From NCBI GenBank assembly GCA_963664435.2, contig CAXXKM010000001.1:352001-416000 (forward strand): a DNA stretch of 64,000 nucleotides, in the 5' to 3' direction. This DNA comes from Longimicrobiales bacterium. Lineage in GTDB: Bacteria; Gemmatimonadota; Gemmatimonadetes; Longimicrobiales; Gaopeijiaceae. Made by a program: the position numbers and the translations under genes. Shown here piece by piece: positions 1 through 9,587 of this stretch; the stretch's first letter is position 1; each line of letters opens with the position of its first letter. The notes beneath the pieces were generated by a model. That model was not told the origin of the DNA and ran no database searches. It saw only the letters and a program-made list of their open reading frames with translations.

Positions 1-3000
1 AGCTCCTGGATGAACCGTCCCGCCACGTCGAAGATGCGGATGGTCCCTTCCTGGGGAAGGTTGGTGAACTTCAGCACCCGCGCGTCGGTCGCGCGCTCGA
101 ACGCGCTCCCGTAGAGGTACGGGTTGGGCACCACGTGTACGTCGTCGAGCGAAACCGCGCCGCTCGCCGCCGCCTCGGCCGCCGTGATCGCCCTCTGCAC
201 GTCCACCACCACCTCGTCGCCCGACTGAAGCGGTACCAGCCAGGGAACCGTCAGCGTGACCTGCTCGGTCACCGGGATGTAGCCGGATTCGGTCGACCCT
301 CCGGTGGTCGGATCGCAGGAGGGACGCGGGGCGTCGCAGCCAAGGGTCACGTCAAAGGTCACGACCGTGGCCGTCTCCGTTGCGGGCTGCCCGCCCGCGT
401 CGAGGACGGTATTGCCCTCGTCGTCGGTCAACTCCCGGGTCACGGTCTCAACGAAATAGATCTGGTCGCCCGGCACCCACACGCCCGCCGGAACCTCCAC
501 CCGGGCCGTGTCGACACCCTGTCCGACGAGCGCCGATTCCTGGTGGCCGACCACCGCGATCTGCACATCGCGGCCGTAGGTGTTGTTGCGCACCGAGAAC
601 GGAAGCGAATACGACTCCAGGGTTTCGACGTCCGGATCGACCTCCTGAACGGCTGCCAGGATATCTTCGCCCGTGCTTGAGGTCGAAGCCGCCGGCCGTC
701 CCGACAGGGACGAGGCCACGGTGGCCTCGATCGCGGGGTCCGGAAGGCGGAAGGGCGCGCCGGCGCCCCAGGCGTCCGCGTTCCAGACGATCGCGTACTC
801 GCCATACTCGTCGCCGCCCGCATACCCGGAGGGACCGGTCAGCCACCACACGGTGGGCTGCACGCGCGCCGCGACGGTGTCGGCCGACCCGGTGGTGAAG
901 ACCCTGGACGGCGGATCCAGCGTACCCCCGTCCGCGGCGTTCACCGACACCGTGAAGAAGGGAAAGTCCTCGCGGCTGAAGAAGGCGCCGGGGGTGGCCT
1001 CGTCGCCATCCAGAGTGGTCGAGGCGAGCAGGGGCGTCGATCCGGCGGCGACCACCATGCCGAAACCTCCTTCGAACACGGTGGTGCGCTGCATGGAACT
1101 CTGCATCGCGCTGTCGACCGGCAGTTCCTCCAGCCCCGACAGGGTCACGGTGCCGGACCGGTTGAAGTCCACGCCGGCGATCACGACCTCCTTCGGCTCT
1201 CCCTCCATGCCGGTGACGGTGCGCACCGTCTGGGCAGCCACCGTGGTCTGAGTGGAGGTGGGCGAACCGGTGTCGTCCAGGTTGTCCACCTGGTTGACCA
1301 CCAGCTTGTCGCCGAAGACGACCCGGTACTGCCCGGAAACGGGGGAGGTGCCGACGACGGAGAAATCGACCGGTACGGTGGAGTTTCCGCTGCGCGAGAC
1401 CTCGTTCAGTTCGGCCCGGCTGGCGCCTGCCGCCAGGTTGAGCGGCGCGTACACGACCGCCACGTTGGGGTTCGTGCCCGACGCGGACACGGCCCCGATC
1501 AGCTCTGGGGCGAACACCACCTCCTCCGCCAGGAGCGAGTCCGCATGCGTCCCGCGAACCACGTTGAACGTGGCTCCGCGCGTCTCGGTGACGATGGAGT
1601 AGGTGTAGGTCACGCCGGGAATCAGCAACGCGTCTTCGAATACGTTGGGCAGGGTGCCGTCGTCATCGGCTTCGAAAGTGGTGTAGGGCTGCCACCCGAA
1701 GTTCGACCACTTGGAGGTCTCGTCGAAGACCGGGTCGCCGTCGCAGTCCCCGTCCCGGGTCCAGGTGGATCCCCCGTCGCAGGACTTGAAGATGTGGATG
1801 GCCGCCACGTTGTTGCCGGCGCGTGCTGCGACCGAGTCGGCAAGCCAGTAGTTGCGCGCGATGTCGGCGCTCACATCCAGATTGGCGAGGTAGGGGTCGA
1901 CCCATTCCTCCGGCGTATCGTCGAAAAAGAGCGAGATTTCGTTCCCGTCGACCTCACCCGTCGAGGCGGCCTGGCCTCCGACGACATCAATCGCGGAAAT
2001 CACCGGCGGCGGAGCGGTTTCCGGCCCCAGGTACATCTGCTGGTAGAAGGCGATGGCATTGTCCAGGGCGGATTCCATCGATGTGGAGTCTGCAGCACCG
2101 ACCAGCGCGACCACGAAGGGGACGGTGTCGCCGGGGGCCATGTGCACCGGACCCACCGCGACATCGGCGATGTTGCCGTAGCTGTTCGTGTAACCGGAGG
2201 GAAGCGTGTCCGCCCACAGCGCCACGCATCCGCGGCTGCCGCAGGCGTCGGCGTATATGGTGTCCGGCTGCCCGTCGTGATTCCAGTCCCAGGTGGGCGC
2301 GCCCGCTTCACCCTCACCCGGGACGTACTTGTTATAGACGCCCGTGCGCTCCGGCCACGCTTCGGGCCGGAAGATGCGGTGGTAGGTGCGATCATCGAGG
2401 TCTCCCGGCGTCTCGCCGTCCAGCGTGTATTCGCCGATCGAGGCGAAATGCCCGAAGTGGGCGCGCTGGCTCCGGCTCCAGGTGCGCGGGATACATCCTC
2501 CGAATCCGCACTGGCGCTGGTGCTGGAACATGATGGTGTCGCCGGCGCGCGGGTGCGCGGGATTGTAGAAGTCGCTCGAAGGGTCGCTGAACAGCTTGTA
2601 GCGCGCGTCGCCGATAGGGGTCTTGAGGAACACGATGGCCGCGCCCGCGGCGCCGTTGTCCCAGTCGTCGTCGCCGGTCCGGTTGCAGCCCGAACCAGGC
2701 GGGTCGATCGCGTCCGCGCATCGGCTTCCGGTCTCCTTCCACAGCATCGCGCTACGCACGGGATCGAAGTAGTGGGCGTCTCCCTGCCCCTGCAGCAGCG
2801 GGTCGACGTTGATGCCGATGTAGACCGAATCGTAGGTCATCCCCACGCCGTAGACCTTCTCGGACTCGTTGACGATGACGGACTGGAAGTACATCACGTT
2901 GCCGACCGTCGGCAGCCCGAAATAGAACCCGTCGTAGAACTGGGTGAGTCCCAGGGGCCAGCCCGCGTAGCTGGGCGATCCGGCGCCCCCCGGGACGACC

Positions 3001-3860
3001 GTGCCGTAGCGCTCGAGGGCGTTGCGGTACCAGTCGCTCAACTCGCCGTAGGTCTGCCAGTCGCCCAGGAACTTCTCGGTGGCCTGCATCTCCTCCGGGA
3101 CGCGCCAGAAGGCGAACGGATCGTACCCGTACGGATCCATGGAATCGTACATGGCCCCGAACTCCGGCGCGGAAGCCTGGAGCTCCAGATACGATTCGGC
3201 CGGGATCGGGTGGCTGCCCTTCCATCCGGCAGCGGGGTGGGTGGAATCGCAGTCCGATGTCGGGGTGAGCTGAAAGCCCGAGAACATCCAGCCGTCACGC
3301 TGGGACGAGTGATTCGTGCAGGTGGCGTCCTCGGTTGTCTTGGCCGCCAGGTTCAGCAGATCGACCGGGCTCCGGTCCGAGGCCCACAGCTTGTCACCCC
3401 CGCCCTGTACGGCTCCCCCGATGATGAGGGTGGTCATGTTGACGGTGAAGCCCCCGCCGCCGAGGCCACTGGTGGCCGGATCGATGACCTCGGGCAGGTC
3501 GCTGGCGGGCGCGCCCCACTTCATGCCCATGTCGAAGATGGCGGAGGTGTACGCGCCATTGATCTGTCGAACATACCATCCGGTGCGGCAGCCGAAGTTG
3601 AAGCGGCTGGAGAAGCCCTGAATGTTCTGAAGGCACCAGACGTTGGATCCGTTCGAACGAACCCCGGCCGCGCCCTCGTCGCCGAACGCCCGCAGCTGGA
3701 ACAGGTTCGGCCGGGTCGGGACCACGAGATCGTTACCCGCGCCTCCCGCGTCGATGACCGTCACCTCTTCCTGGGCGCGCGCCTCGCCGGGCGTACCCGG
3801 CGGAATCACTAACAGGCTCGCGATGAGGAAGGCTCCCCTACGCGTAAGAAGTTTCTTCAT
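1..3860 (-). CDS. Large secreted protein (>1280 aa, 3' end beyond window) with T9SS type-A-like/FlgD-Ig C-terminal domain
   Basis: Manual translation from ATG 3860 (GGAG upstream) gives MKKLLTRRGAFLIASLLVIPPGTPGEARA|QEE..., open to the window edge, ending ...LDDVHVVPNPYLYGSAFERATDARVLKFTNLPQEGTIRIFDVAGRFIQE. Absent from the ORF track because no stop codon falls in the window. Confidence 0.85.
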   Translation of the reverse strand, partial: MKKLLTRRGAFLIASLLVIPPGTPGEARAQEEVTVIDAGGAGNDLVVPTRPNLFQLRAFGDEGAAGVRSNGSNVWCLQNIQGFSSRFNFGCRTGWYVRQINGAYTSAIFDMGMKWGAPASDLPEVIDPATSGLGGGGFTVNMTTLIIGGAVQGGGDKLWASDRSPVDLLNLAAKTTEDATCTNHSSQRDGWMFSGFQLTPTSDCDSTHPAAGWKGSHPIPAESYLELQASAPEFGAMYDSMDPYGYDPFAFWRVPEEMQATEKFLGDWQTYGELSDWYRNALERYGTVVPGGAGSPSYAGWPLGLTQFYDGFYFGLPTVGNVMYFQSVIVNESEKVYGVGMTYDSVYIGINVDPLLQGQGDAHYFDPVRSAMLWKETGSRCADAIDPPGSGCNRTGDDDWDNGAAGAAIVFLKTPIGDARYKLFSDPSSDFYNPAHPRAGDTIMFQHQRQCGFGGCIPRTWSRSQRAHFGHFASIGEYTLDGETPGDLDDRTYHRIFRPEAWPERTGVYNKYVPGEGEAGAPTWDWNHDGQPDTIYADACGSRGCVALWADTLPSGYTNSYGNIADVAVGPVHMAPGDTVPFVVALVGAADSTSMESALDNAIAFYQQMYLGPETAPPPVISAIDVVGGQAASTGEVDGNEISLFFDDTPEEWVDPYLANLDVSADIARNYWLADSVAARAGNNVAAIHIFKSCDGGSTWTRDGDCDGDPVFDETSKWSNFGWQPYTTFEADDDGTLPNVFEDALLIPGVTYTYSIVTETRGATFNVVRGTHADSLLAEEVVFAPELIGAVSASGTNPNVAVVYAPLNLAAGASRAELNEVSRSGNSTVPVDFSVVGTSPVSGQYRVVFGDKLVVNQVDNLDDTGSPTSTQTTVAAQTVRTVTGMEGEPKEVVIAGVDFNRSGTVTLSGLEELPVDSAMQSSMQRTTVFEGGFGMVVAAGSTPLLASTTLDGDEATPGAFFSREDFPFFTVSVNAADGGTLDPPSRVFTTGSADTVAARVQPTVWWLTGPSGYAGGDEYGEYAIVWNADAWGAGAPFRLPDPAIEATVASSLSGRPAASTSSTGEDILAAVQEVDPDVETLESYSLPFSVRNNTYGRDVQIAVVGHQESALVGQGVDTARVEVPAGVWVPGDQIYFVETVTRELTDDEGNTVLDAGGQPATETATVVTFDVTLGCDAPRPSCDPTTGGSTESGYIPVTEQVTLTVPWLVPLQSGDEVVVDVQRAITAAEAAASGAVSLDDVHVVPNPYLYGSAFERATDARVLKFTNLPQEGTIRIFDVAGRFIQE

Positions 3861-3917
3861 GAGAACTCCGATTGGACAAGTTTGGCGTCTCTTTGCATAC
3901 CGGCGGCCCATGGCCCG

Positions 3918-6900
3918 CTAGAAGGTGACCCTCATGCCGGCCGTGATCGTCCTGCGCTGCCCGATGAAGTGCGGGCGGTCGAAGAAGGTGGAATCCGTGC
4001 TGGTTCCCACCGTGTTGCCAGCGCGGCGCCGGCTCTGGTCCTCGGTGCCGTCGGTGCACTTCCCGGTCGACTCGTATACCTGAATACAGTTCAGGCGGTC
4101 GGTGAGGTTGTTGACGTTCACGAAGAAGCCGTAGCGGACGTTGTTGATGGTCCAGTCCTTGCGTGCCTGCATGTTGAGGGTCATGAGCATGGGCGCGCGC
4201 CCGCTGTAGCGGTCGAACTGTTCGAGTTCGCCGAAGCCCTCGAACGTCAGTGTCGGCGTGTAGGGCAACCCGCTCGACGCGGAGAAGATCACCGAAAGGT
4301 TGGTGTTGGCGAGCAGGTCGCCGAACGGGACGTCGGGCACGTCGTCGCGCACCGCGAGGCGGAAGACGCCGGTGAACTTGTGGGGCTGGTCGATCTCGCA
4401 GGGGATCTCGTCCCTGATGAAGGGATCGCCCTCATCCGTCTGGGCCTCGAACTCCCGCTCCGGGTCCGCGGCGTTGGTGCGGCAGGCCGAGAGCCCGTAG
4501 TTCACGTCGAAGCCCCAGTAGTTCTCCACACGCCGGCGCAGCGCGATCTCGATGCCCCGCGTGGTCGCGAAGTCCTGGTTGGTCAGGATGGCGTAATCGG
4601 GCGCCGAGAAGCCGTAGGTCGCGCCCGGATCGATGACCGTGTAGGGCGGGCTGCCGACGCGGGCCACCCCTGTGAGGCCGCTCTGGTCCTTCGAGAAGAT
4701 GACGGCTGAGAGCGCATACTGGCCGTCGATCTCCTGCGAGTAGCCGATCTCGTAGGTCGTCGCCTGCTCGGTAACCAGGTGCGGGTTGCCCAGGAAGGGC
4801 GTTGTGCCCGCGGACGCGTTCACGAAGATCGCCGGGCCGGCGATCGTCCCCTCGCGTGCCGTGCCGATGCCCGAGTTGCGGTAGTTGTTGATGAGAATCG
4901 GGTTCTGCGAGAGACGCTGGAAGTTCAGGAACAGGCTCGAGCTCTCCGTGACCGGGAAGCTGACGCCGATCCGGGGAGAGAACTGCGAGCGGGTGTCCGC
5001 CTCGGAGAAGTCGTCGGAAGACGCGATGCGCGTGGCTTCGTCGCGGACCTCGAAGGTGCAGCCGGCCAGCGTCCAGCTCGGATCGGCCGAGACCGTCGAC
5101 GTGCTGACGGTTTCGGTCGCCGCATCGTACTCGCGCACGGTGACGTTCTGCCACTGCGACGGATTGCTGCACACGTCGAGCGCGGTGGTGCCGTTGGTCG
5201 GATCGACGGGGTTGGCGAAGAAGAGCCCGCTCGCCCTCCCGTAGTCGAAGCGCGCGCCCAGCTTGAGGGTCAGGAAATCGTATTCGATCTGATCCTGGAT
5301 ATAGACGGCGCCGTCCCAGGGCTGCGCCTCGAAGAGCTGGTGCAGCTTGACCACGTCGTTGACGCCCACGTCGTCCCATTCGTCGTACGTAAGGTCGTGA
5401 CCCTGGTAGAACACGCCGCCTGAGATGTTGTGGTTGTCGGAGACCTGCGACTGGAAGTCGAAGCGCCCGGTTGTGGTCAGAACGCTCTCCCCGCCCCAGA
5501 AGCGGTCAGTCCCGGCGGTGGGCGTGTTGTTGTACACCGCGGGGCCCGGAGCCACGAAGCCCCCATTGAAGTTGGGGTCCTCATAGTGGTTCTGCAGGCA
5601 GACGCCGCTCATGACGTTGCAGGTCTCGCGGCTCTGGTCGAAGCGCCCCACCGTGATCTTGTAGGCGGAGCGCCCGAAGGTGTGATCCCAGCGCGCGATC
5701 AACAGGTTGCGGTCCAGGCGCAGGGAGTTCTGAACCAGGTTCTGGTAGTCCAGCGTCCTCGGCCGCGCGAGGTAGTACGCGCTGTCGGTGGCCGTGGTCA
5801 TGTACTCGAGCGGGTTGACGGCGAGGGTCCAGTCGAAGTCGTAAGGCTTGAACTCGCGCTCGTACCCCGCCCAGGAGACGTTCAGCTTGGCCGCCGGGGT
5901 CGCATAGTAGGTCAGCTTGGCGTAGCCGTCCCGGACTTCGTCGAATCCGGTCGCCCGCCAGCCGGGAATGACGTCGTTGGCGTCGGGAGTGTTGAAATCG
6001 GTGGACGGGTTCGACGGGTCGAAGACGTCATAGTCGAATTCGTACGCACGGGCGGCCCCGTACCGCTGCCGGCCCGCGATGAGGAAGCGCAGGTTGTCGC
6101 CGGTCATGGGGATGGGCCCCGAGATGACGCCCTCGAACATGTCGAACCCGCGGGTCTGGTCGTACTGGTTGCCCAGCCAGCCGCCGACGGTGGAGGAGCG
6201 GAACTCCAGCTCGCCCTGCAGCTCGTCGGAGCCCTCGGGCGTGGCGTAGTTGACGACGCCGGAGAGGGCGTTGCCGTACTGCACGTCCAGCTGCCCGGTG
6301 AAGATCGCCACCTGCTCGATGGCCTTGTTGGTGATGTCGAAGGCGGGCCCGCCGAGCGCGAAATTGTTGATCGGGATGCCATCGATCATGACCGTCGTCT
6401 CGGCTCCGCGGCCGCCGCGGATGCGCAGGGCCGTAACCCCCTGCCTCTGCTGCGCGAAGGAGACCACCGTGGTGTTGTCCTCCGGAACCTGCAGGAAGCC
6501 CTGCTCCAGCTCGAGCACGCCCATGATGTCGGTGACCGGAAGCGCGTCGATCTCATCCCTTGAGATCATCTCGAGCGAACCGGTCTGGCCCTCCACCACC
6601 AGCGGGGTGCGGCTGGTGGACACGATGACTTCACCCAGTGCGATGGCCTCGGTGGCCAGCTGGAAGTTCTGCTGCACCGTGACGTCGATCGAGACGGAGA
6701 CGTTCTCCCGCCGCTCGCTGGCGTAGCCGATGAGCTCAGCGACCAGCGTGTAGGTGCCGGGGGGAACGTTGATGATGAAAAAGCGCCCGTTGTCCTGCGT
6801 CAGCGACCCGCGTCCGGTCCCGTCGATGAAGACCGAGACGTTTGCGAGGGGCTCGCCGGTGGCCTGATCCGTGACCACGCCGGTCATTTTTCCGGTCTGG

Positions 6901-6983
6901 GCGGCTGCGGGGGCGGCGGAGAGCAGAATCGCCGCCACGGCGACCCCGAGCAGCGCCGGGATCGGGGAGAGAATACGCGTCAT
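3918..6983 (-). CDS. TonB-dependent receptor with N-terminal carboxypeptidase-regulatory-like domain
   Basis: Signal peptide (AAA|QTG), G.V.D..TGEPL domain, plug motif IRGGRGAETTVMIDG, LGARFDY and PRIGVSFPV barrel strands, C-terminal Phe. Start moved to ATG 6983 behind AAGGAGG. Confidence 0.93.
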   Translation of the reverse strand: MTRILSPIPALLGVAVAAILLSAAPAAAQTGKMTGVVTDQATGEPLANVSVFIDGTGRGSLTQDNGRFFIINVPPGTYTLVAELIGYASERRENVSVSIDVTVQQNFQLATEAIALGEVIVSTSRTPLVVEGQTGSLEMISRDEIDALPVTDIMGVLELEQGFLQVPEDNTTVVSFAQQRQGVTALRIRGGRGAETTVMIDGIPINNFALGGPAFDITNKAIEQVAIFTGQLDVQYGNALSGVVNYATPEGSDELQGELEFRSSTVGGWLGNQYDQTRGFDMFEGVISGPIPMTGDNLRFLIAGRQRYGAARAYEFDYDVFDPSNPSTDFNTPDANDVIPGWRATGFDEVRDGYAKLTYYATPAAKLNVSWAGYEREFKPYDFDWTLAVNPLEYMTTATDSAYYLARPRTLDYQNLVQNSLRLDRNLLIARWDHTFGRSAYKITVGRFDQSRETCNVMSGVCLQNHYEDPNFNGGFVAPGPAVYNNTPTAGTDRFWGGESVLTTTGRFDFQSQVSDNHNISGGVFYQGHDLTYDEWDDVGVNDVVKLHQLFEAQPWDGAVYIQDQIEYDFLTLKLGARFDYGRASGLFFANPVDPTNGTTALDVCSNPSQWQNVTVREYDAATETVSTSTVSADPSWTLAGCTFEVRDEATRIASSDDFSEADTRSQFSPRIGVSFPVTESSSLFLNFQRLSQNPILINNYRNSGIGTAREGTIAGPAIFVNASAGTTPFLGNPHLVTEQATTYEIGYSQEIDGQYALSAVIFSKDQSGLTGVARVGSPPYTVIDPGATYGFSAPDYAILTNQDFATTRGIEIALRRRVENYWGFDVNYGLSACRTNAADPEREFEAQTDEGDPFIRDEIPCEIDQPHKFTGVFRLAVRDDVPDVPFGDLLANTNLSVIFSASSGLPYTPTLTFEGFGELEQFDRYSGRAPMLMTLNMQARKDWTINNVRYGFFVNVNNLTDRLNCIQVYESTGKCTDGTEDQSRRRAGNTVGTSTDSTFFDRPHFIGQRRTITAGMRVTF

Positions 6984-7004
6984 GATCGCCTCCTTGAACC
7001 AGCG

Positions 7005-7037
7005 AAAAGCGGGCGACGCCTGACAGGTGCGCCCGCT
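7005..7037 (-). terminator. Terminator-like hairpin in the TonB receptor leader
   Basis: On the - strand AGCGGGCG-N14-CGCCCGCT followed by TTT, about 10 nt before the Shine-Dalgarno. Confidence 0.45.
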
Positions 7038-7163
7038 CCCGAAGCGCCGACACGAACGATTGGCATTCGTGTCAGGGCGTTTTGAAATCGTTGTGGAATT
7101 GTTGGTGGGTGTCGTCCGAACGATGGATCGCGTTACAGGCAACCTCCATGGCTAACAGTACAC

Positions 7164-7180
7164 TCGGAAAGCGCTTCCGA
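7164..7180. promoter_or_regulatory. LacI-family-like operator palindrome
   Basis: TCGGAAAGCGCTTCCGA with a perfect AAGCGCTT core and central CG typical of LacI/GalR operators. Confidence 0.45.
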
Positions 7181-7282
7181 AACCATTACCCGGGGGCGGC
7201 CGGCGACCCGCGCTCCCAATCCCTTTTTCGATACTCCCCCCACCAAGTCGCTGACCTTGGATACGTCAGCCCGGATTGCAGC

Positions 7283-7310
7283 ATTCTAACACCGCCTTTA
7301 CGGGTTGCAA
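7283..7310 (-). promoter_or_regulatory. Putative sigma70 promoter for the TonB receptor operon
   Basis: TTGCAA-N16-TAGAAT on the - strand. Confidence 0.5.
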
Positions 7311-7463
7311 AGGGGGTGTTCCGGTCCGGGATCCGGGACGTGCGACGCGGGGTATCTGCAGTCGGGACCGGCGGAATGCGACGAATCGCTGTTACGGTTT
7401 CGTTACGTGAGCCCGGACCAGACCGTGACGTCTACCCTCCGCCACGCCAGCCCCCGGACGAAC

Positions 7464-9587
7464 ATGAAAGCCCTTGCTTCGGCGATTCGAGCACTGCTCG
7501 CGGTGCCTGCGGTATCGTGGAGCCTTCTGGCTTCGGCCGCGCTTGCCTGGGGCCTCATGTGGGGGTCCTGGCAGAACCTGTGCGGCGACTGCCCTTCCAT
7601 CGCCCAGATCCACAACTGGGAGCCCCGGCAGACCTCGAAACTGCTCGCCCGCGACGGACGCATCATCTCGGAGTTCGGCATCCAGCGCCGTACCCCGGTG
7701 GCCATCGGTTCCCTGCCCGCCTATGTCCCGGGAGCCTTCGTCGCGGTGGAGGACAAGCGCTTCTACAGCCACGGCGGCGTGGACCCGATAGGCATAACGC
7801 GCGCGGCGCGCGACCTCGTCCTCACCCGATCCCTGGAGCACGGTGGCGGAAGTACGCTGACGCAGCAGTTGGCGCGCAACATCTGGGATGAGGACATCGG
7901 CTTCGAAAAGCGTCTCGTGCGCAAGCTCAAGGAGGCGCAGGTAGCGCTGGAGCTCGAGCGCGCCTACACGAAGGACCAGATCCTCGAAGCCTACATGAAC
8001 CAGGTGAATTACGACGGGGTGTACGGCATCGAGGCGGCCGCCCGCAAGTACTTCGGCAAACCGGCCACGCAGATAAACCCTGCGGAAGCCGCGCTCCTTG
8101 CCGCGATCCCGAACCGTCCGCGCCGCTACAACCCCTTCCTCAACCCGGAAGAGGCCGGGTCGCGACGCGATCTGGTTCTGCGCCGCATGGCCGAGCAGGG
8201 GATCATCAGCCAGGCTGAGCTGGAACGGTGGTCCGCGGTGCCGCTCCCGACGCCCGGCACCCGCGGCGGGGGCCCGGTTGCGCCCTACTTCGAGGAGTGG
8301 ATCAGGCAGATCCTTGACGACCGCTACGGCAGCCAGCTGTACACGGCGGGCCTCGAAATCCAGACCACGCTCGACCTGGACATGCAGTTCCTGGCTGAAC
8401 GGGCCATGGAGTGGGGATTCGGCCGCATCGAGGAACGGCCCGGGTTCGATCATCCGCTGTACGAGGAGTTCGCCGAGGCCACCGAAGCCTTCGAAACCCC
8501 GTATGTCCAGGGGGCGATGATTGTCCTGGAGCCCTCGACCGGGGAGGTGCTCGCGATGGTCGGCGGCAGGGATTTCGTCCACTCCAAGTTCAACCGCGCG
8601 ACGCAGGCCATGCGCCAGCCGGGCTCGTCCTTCAAGCCCTTCGTCTACGCGGCCGCGGTCGAGAGCGGCATCCCGCCGTCGCACGTCGTGGTCGACGCGC
8701 CCTTCGCCTACATGCAGGTAAGCGGCGAGCCCTGGCTGCCCCAGAACTTCGACGAGATCTTCAAGGGCCGCATGACCATCCGCCAGGGCCTGCGCGAATC
8801 GCGCAACATGATCGCCATCCGGCTCGGATGGGACGACGTAGGCATCGAGACCGTCGCCCAGATGGCCACCCGTCTCGGCCTGAGCAGCGATATCCCGCGC
8901 TTTCCCTCCACCACCATCGGCTCGGCGGAGGTTCTTCCCATCGACATGGCCAAGGCGTATGCGTCCTTCGCGACCCTGGGCACGCGCGTGGAGCCCCACG
9001 GCATCCTGCGGGTGGAGAACGCCGAGGGCGAGATGCTCTGGGAGCCGCAGCCGGAGAAGACGCCGGTGATGGACAGCCTGGAAGCGCGGGTCATCGTACA
9101 CATGCTGGAGGACGTGGTCGCGGCTGGAACCGGGTACATGGCCATCCGCATCATCGCCGGCCTCCCGAACGAAGTCCCCGCGGCCGGCAAGACCGGCACG
9201 ACCAACAACTCGACGGATGCGTGGTTCAACGGGTTCACCCCCGACCTGCACGCGATCGTCTGGTACGGAATGGACCAGCCGCAGGAGATCCGCCCCAACT
9301 CTACCGGCGGCGGCGACGCGGCCCCCGTCTGGGGCACCTTCATGCGCAGCGTATACTACGGGTGGGAGGGCGACGAGATCTATCCCGACATACCCCCGCT
9401 GCGGGAGATTCCTTCACGCTGGCCGCTGCCGGAGACCCTCCTCCGGCTGGAGGTGGACAACAAGACCGGTCTTCTGGCTTCCGAGTGGTGTCCGGAGGTT
9501 CAGCGCTACCAGGAGATCTTCATTCCGGGGACGGAGCCGACCGAGCCCTGCGACGCCTCGCGCATCTTCGGCGGCGTGCCGCGCTAG
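7464..9587 (+). CDS. mrcA: Class A penicillin-binding protein (PBP1A family)
   Basis: Transglycosylase motifs EDKRFYSHGGVD, GGSTLTQQL, RKLKE; transpeptidase SSFK, SRN, KTGT; N-terminal TM helix. Start taken at ATG 7464. Confidence 0.92.
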   Translation: MKALASAIRALLAVPAVSWSLLASAALAWGLMWGSWQNLCGDCPSIAQIHNWEPRQTSKLLARDGRIISEFGIQRRTPVAIGSLPAYVPGAFVAVEDKRFYSHGGVDPIGITRAARDLVLTRSLEHGGGSTLTQQLARNIWDEDIGFEKRLVRKLKEAQVALELERAYTKDQILEAYMNQVNYDGVYGIEAAARKYFGKPATQINPAEAALLAAIPNRPRRYNPFLNPEEAGSRRDLVLRRMAEQGIISQAELERWSAVPLPTPGTRGGGPVAPYFEEWIRQILDDRYGSQLYTAGLEIQTTLDLDMQFLAERAMEWGFGRIEERPGFDHPLYEEFAEATEAFETPYVQGAMIVLEPSTGEVLAMVGGRDFVHSKFNRATQAMRQPGSSFKPFVYAAAVESGIPPSHVVVDAPFAYMQVSGEPWLPQNFDEIFKGRMTIRQGLRESRNMIAIRLGWDDVGIETVAQMATRLGLSSDIPRFPSTTIGSAEVLPIDMAKAYASFATLGTRVEPHGILRVENAEGEMLWEPQPEKTPVMDSLEARVIVHMLEDVVAAGTGYMAIRIIAGLPNEVPAAGKTGTTNNSTDAWFNGFTPDLHAIVWYGMDQPQEIRPNSTGGGDAAPVWGTFMRSVYYGWEGDEIYPDIPPLREIPSRWPLPETLLRLEVDNKTGLLASEWCPEVQRYQEIFIPGTEPTEPCDASRIFGGVPR

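Noticed and set aside
135..3812. Plus-strand ORFs (755 aa, 192 aa and others) over 1-3860
   Set aside because: Shadows of the real minus-strand CDS, which has a signal peptide, SD and recognisable C-terminal domain.
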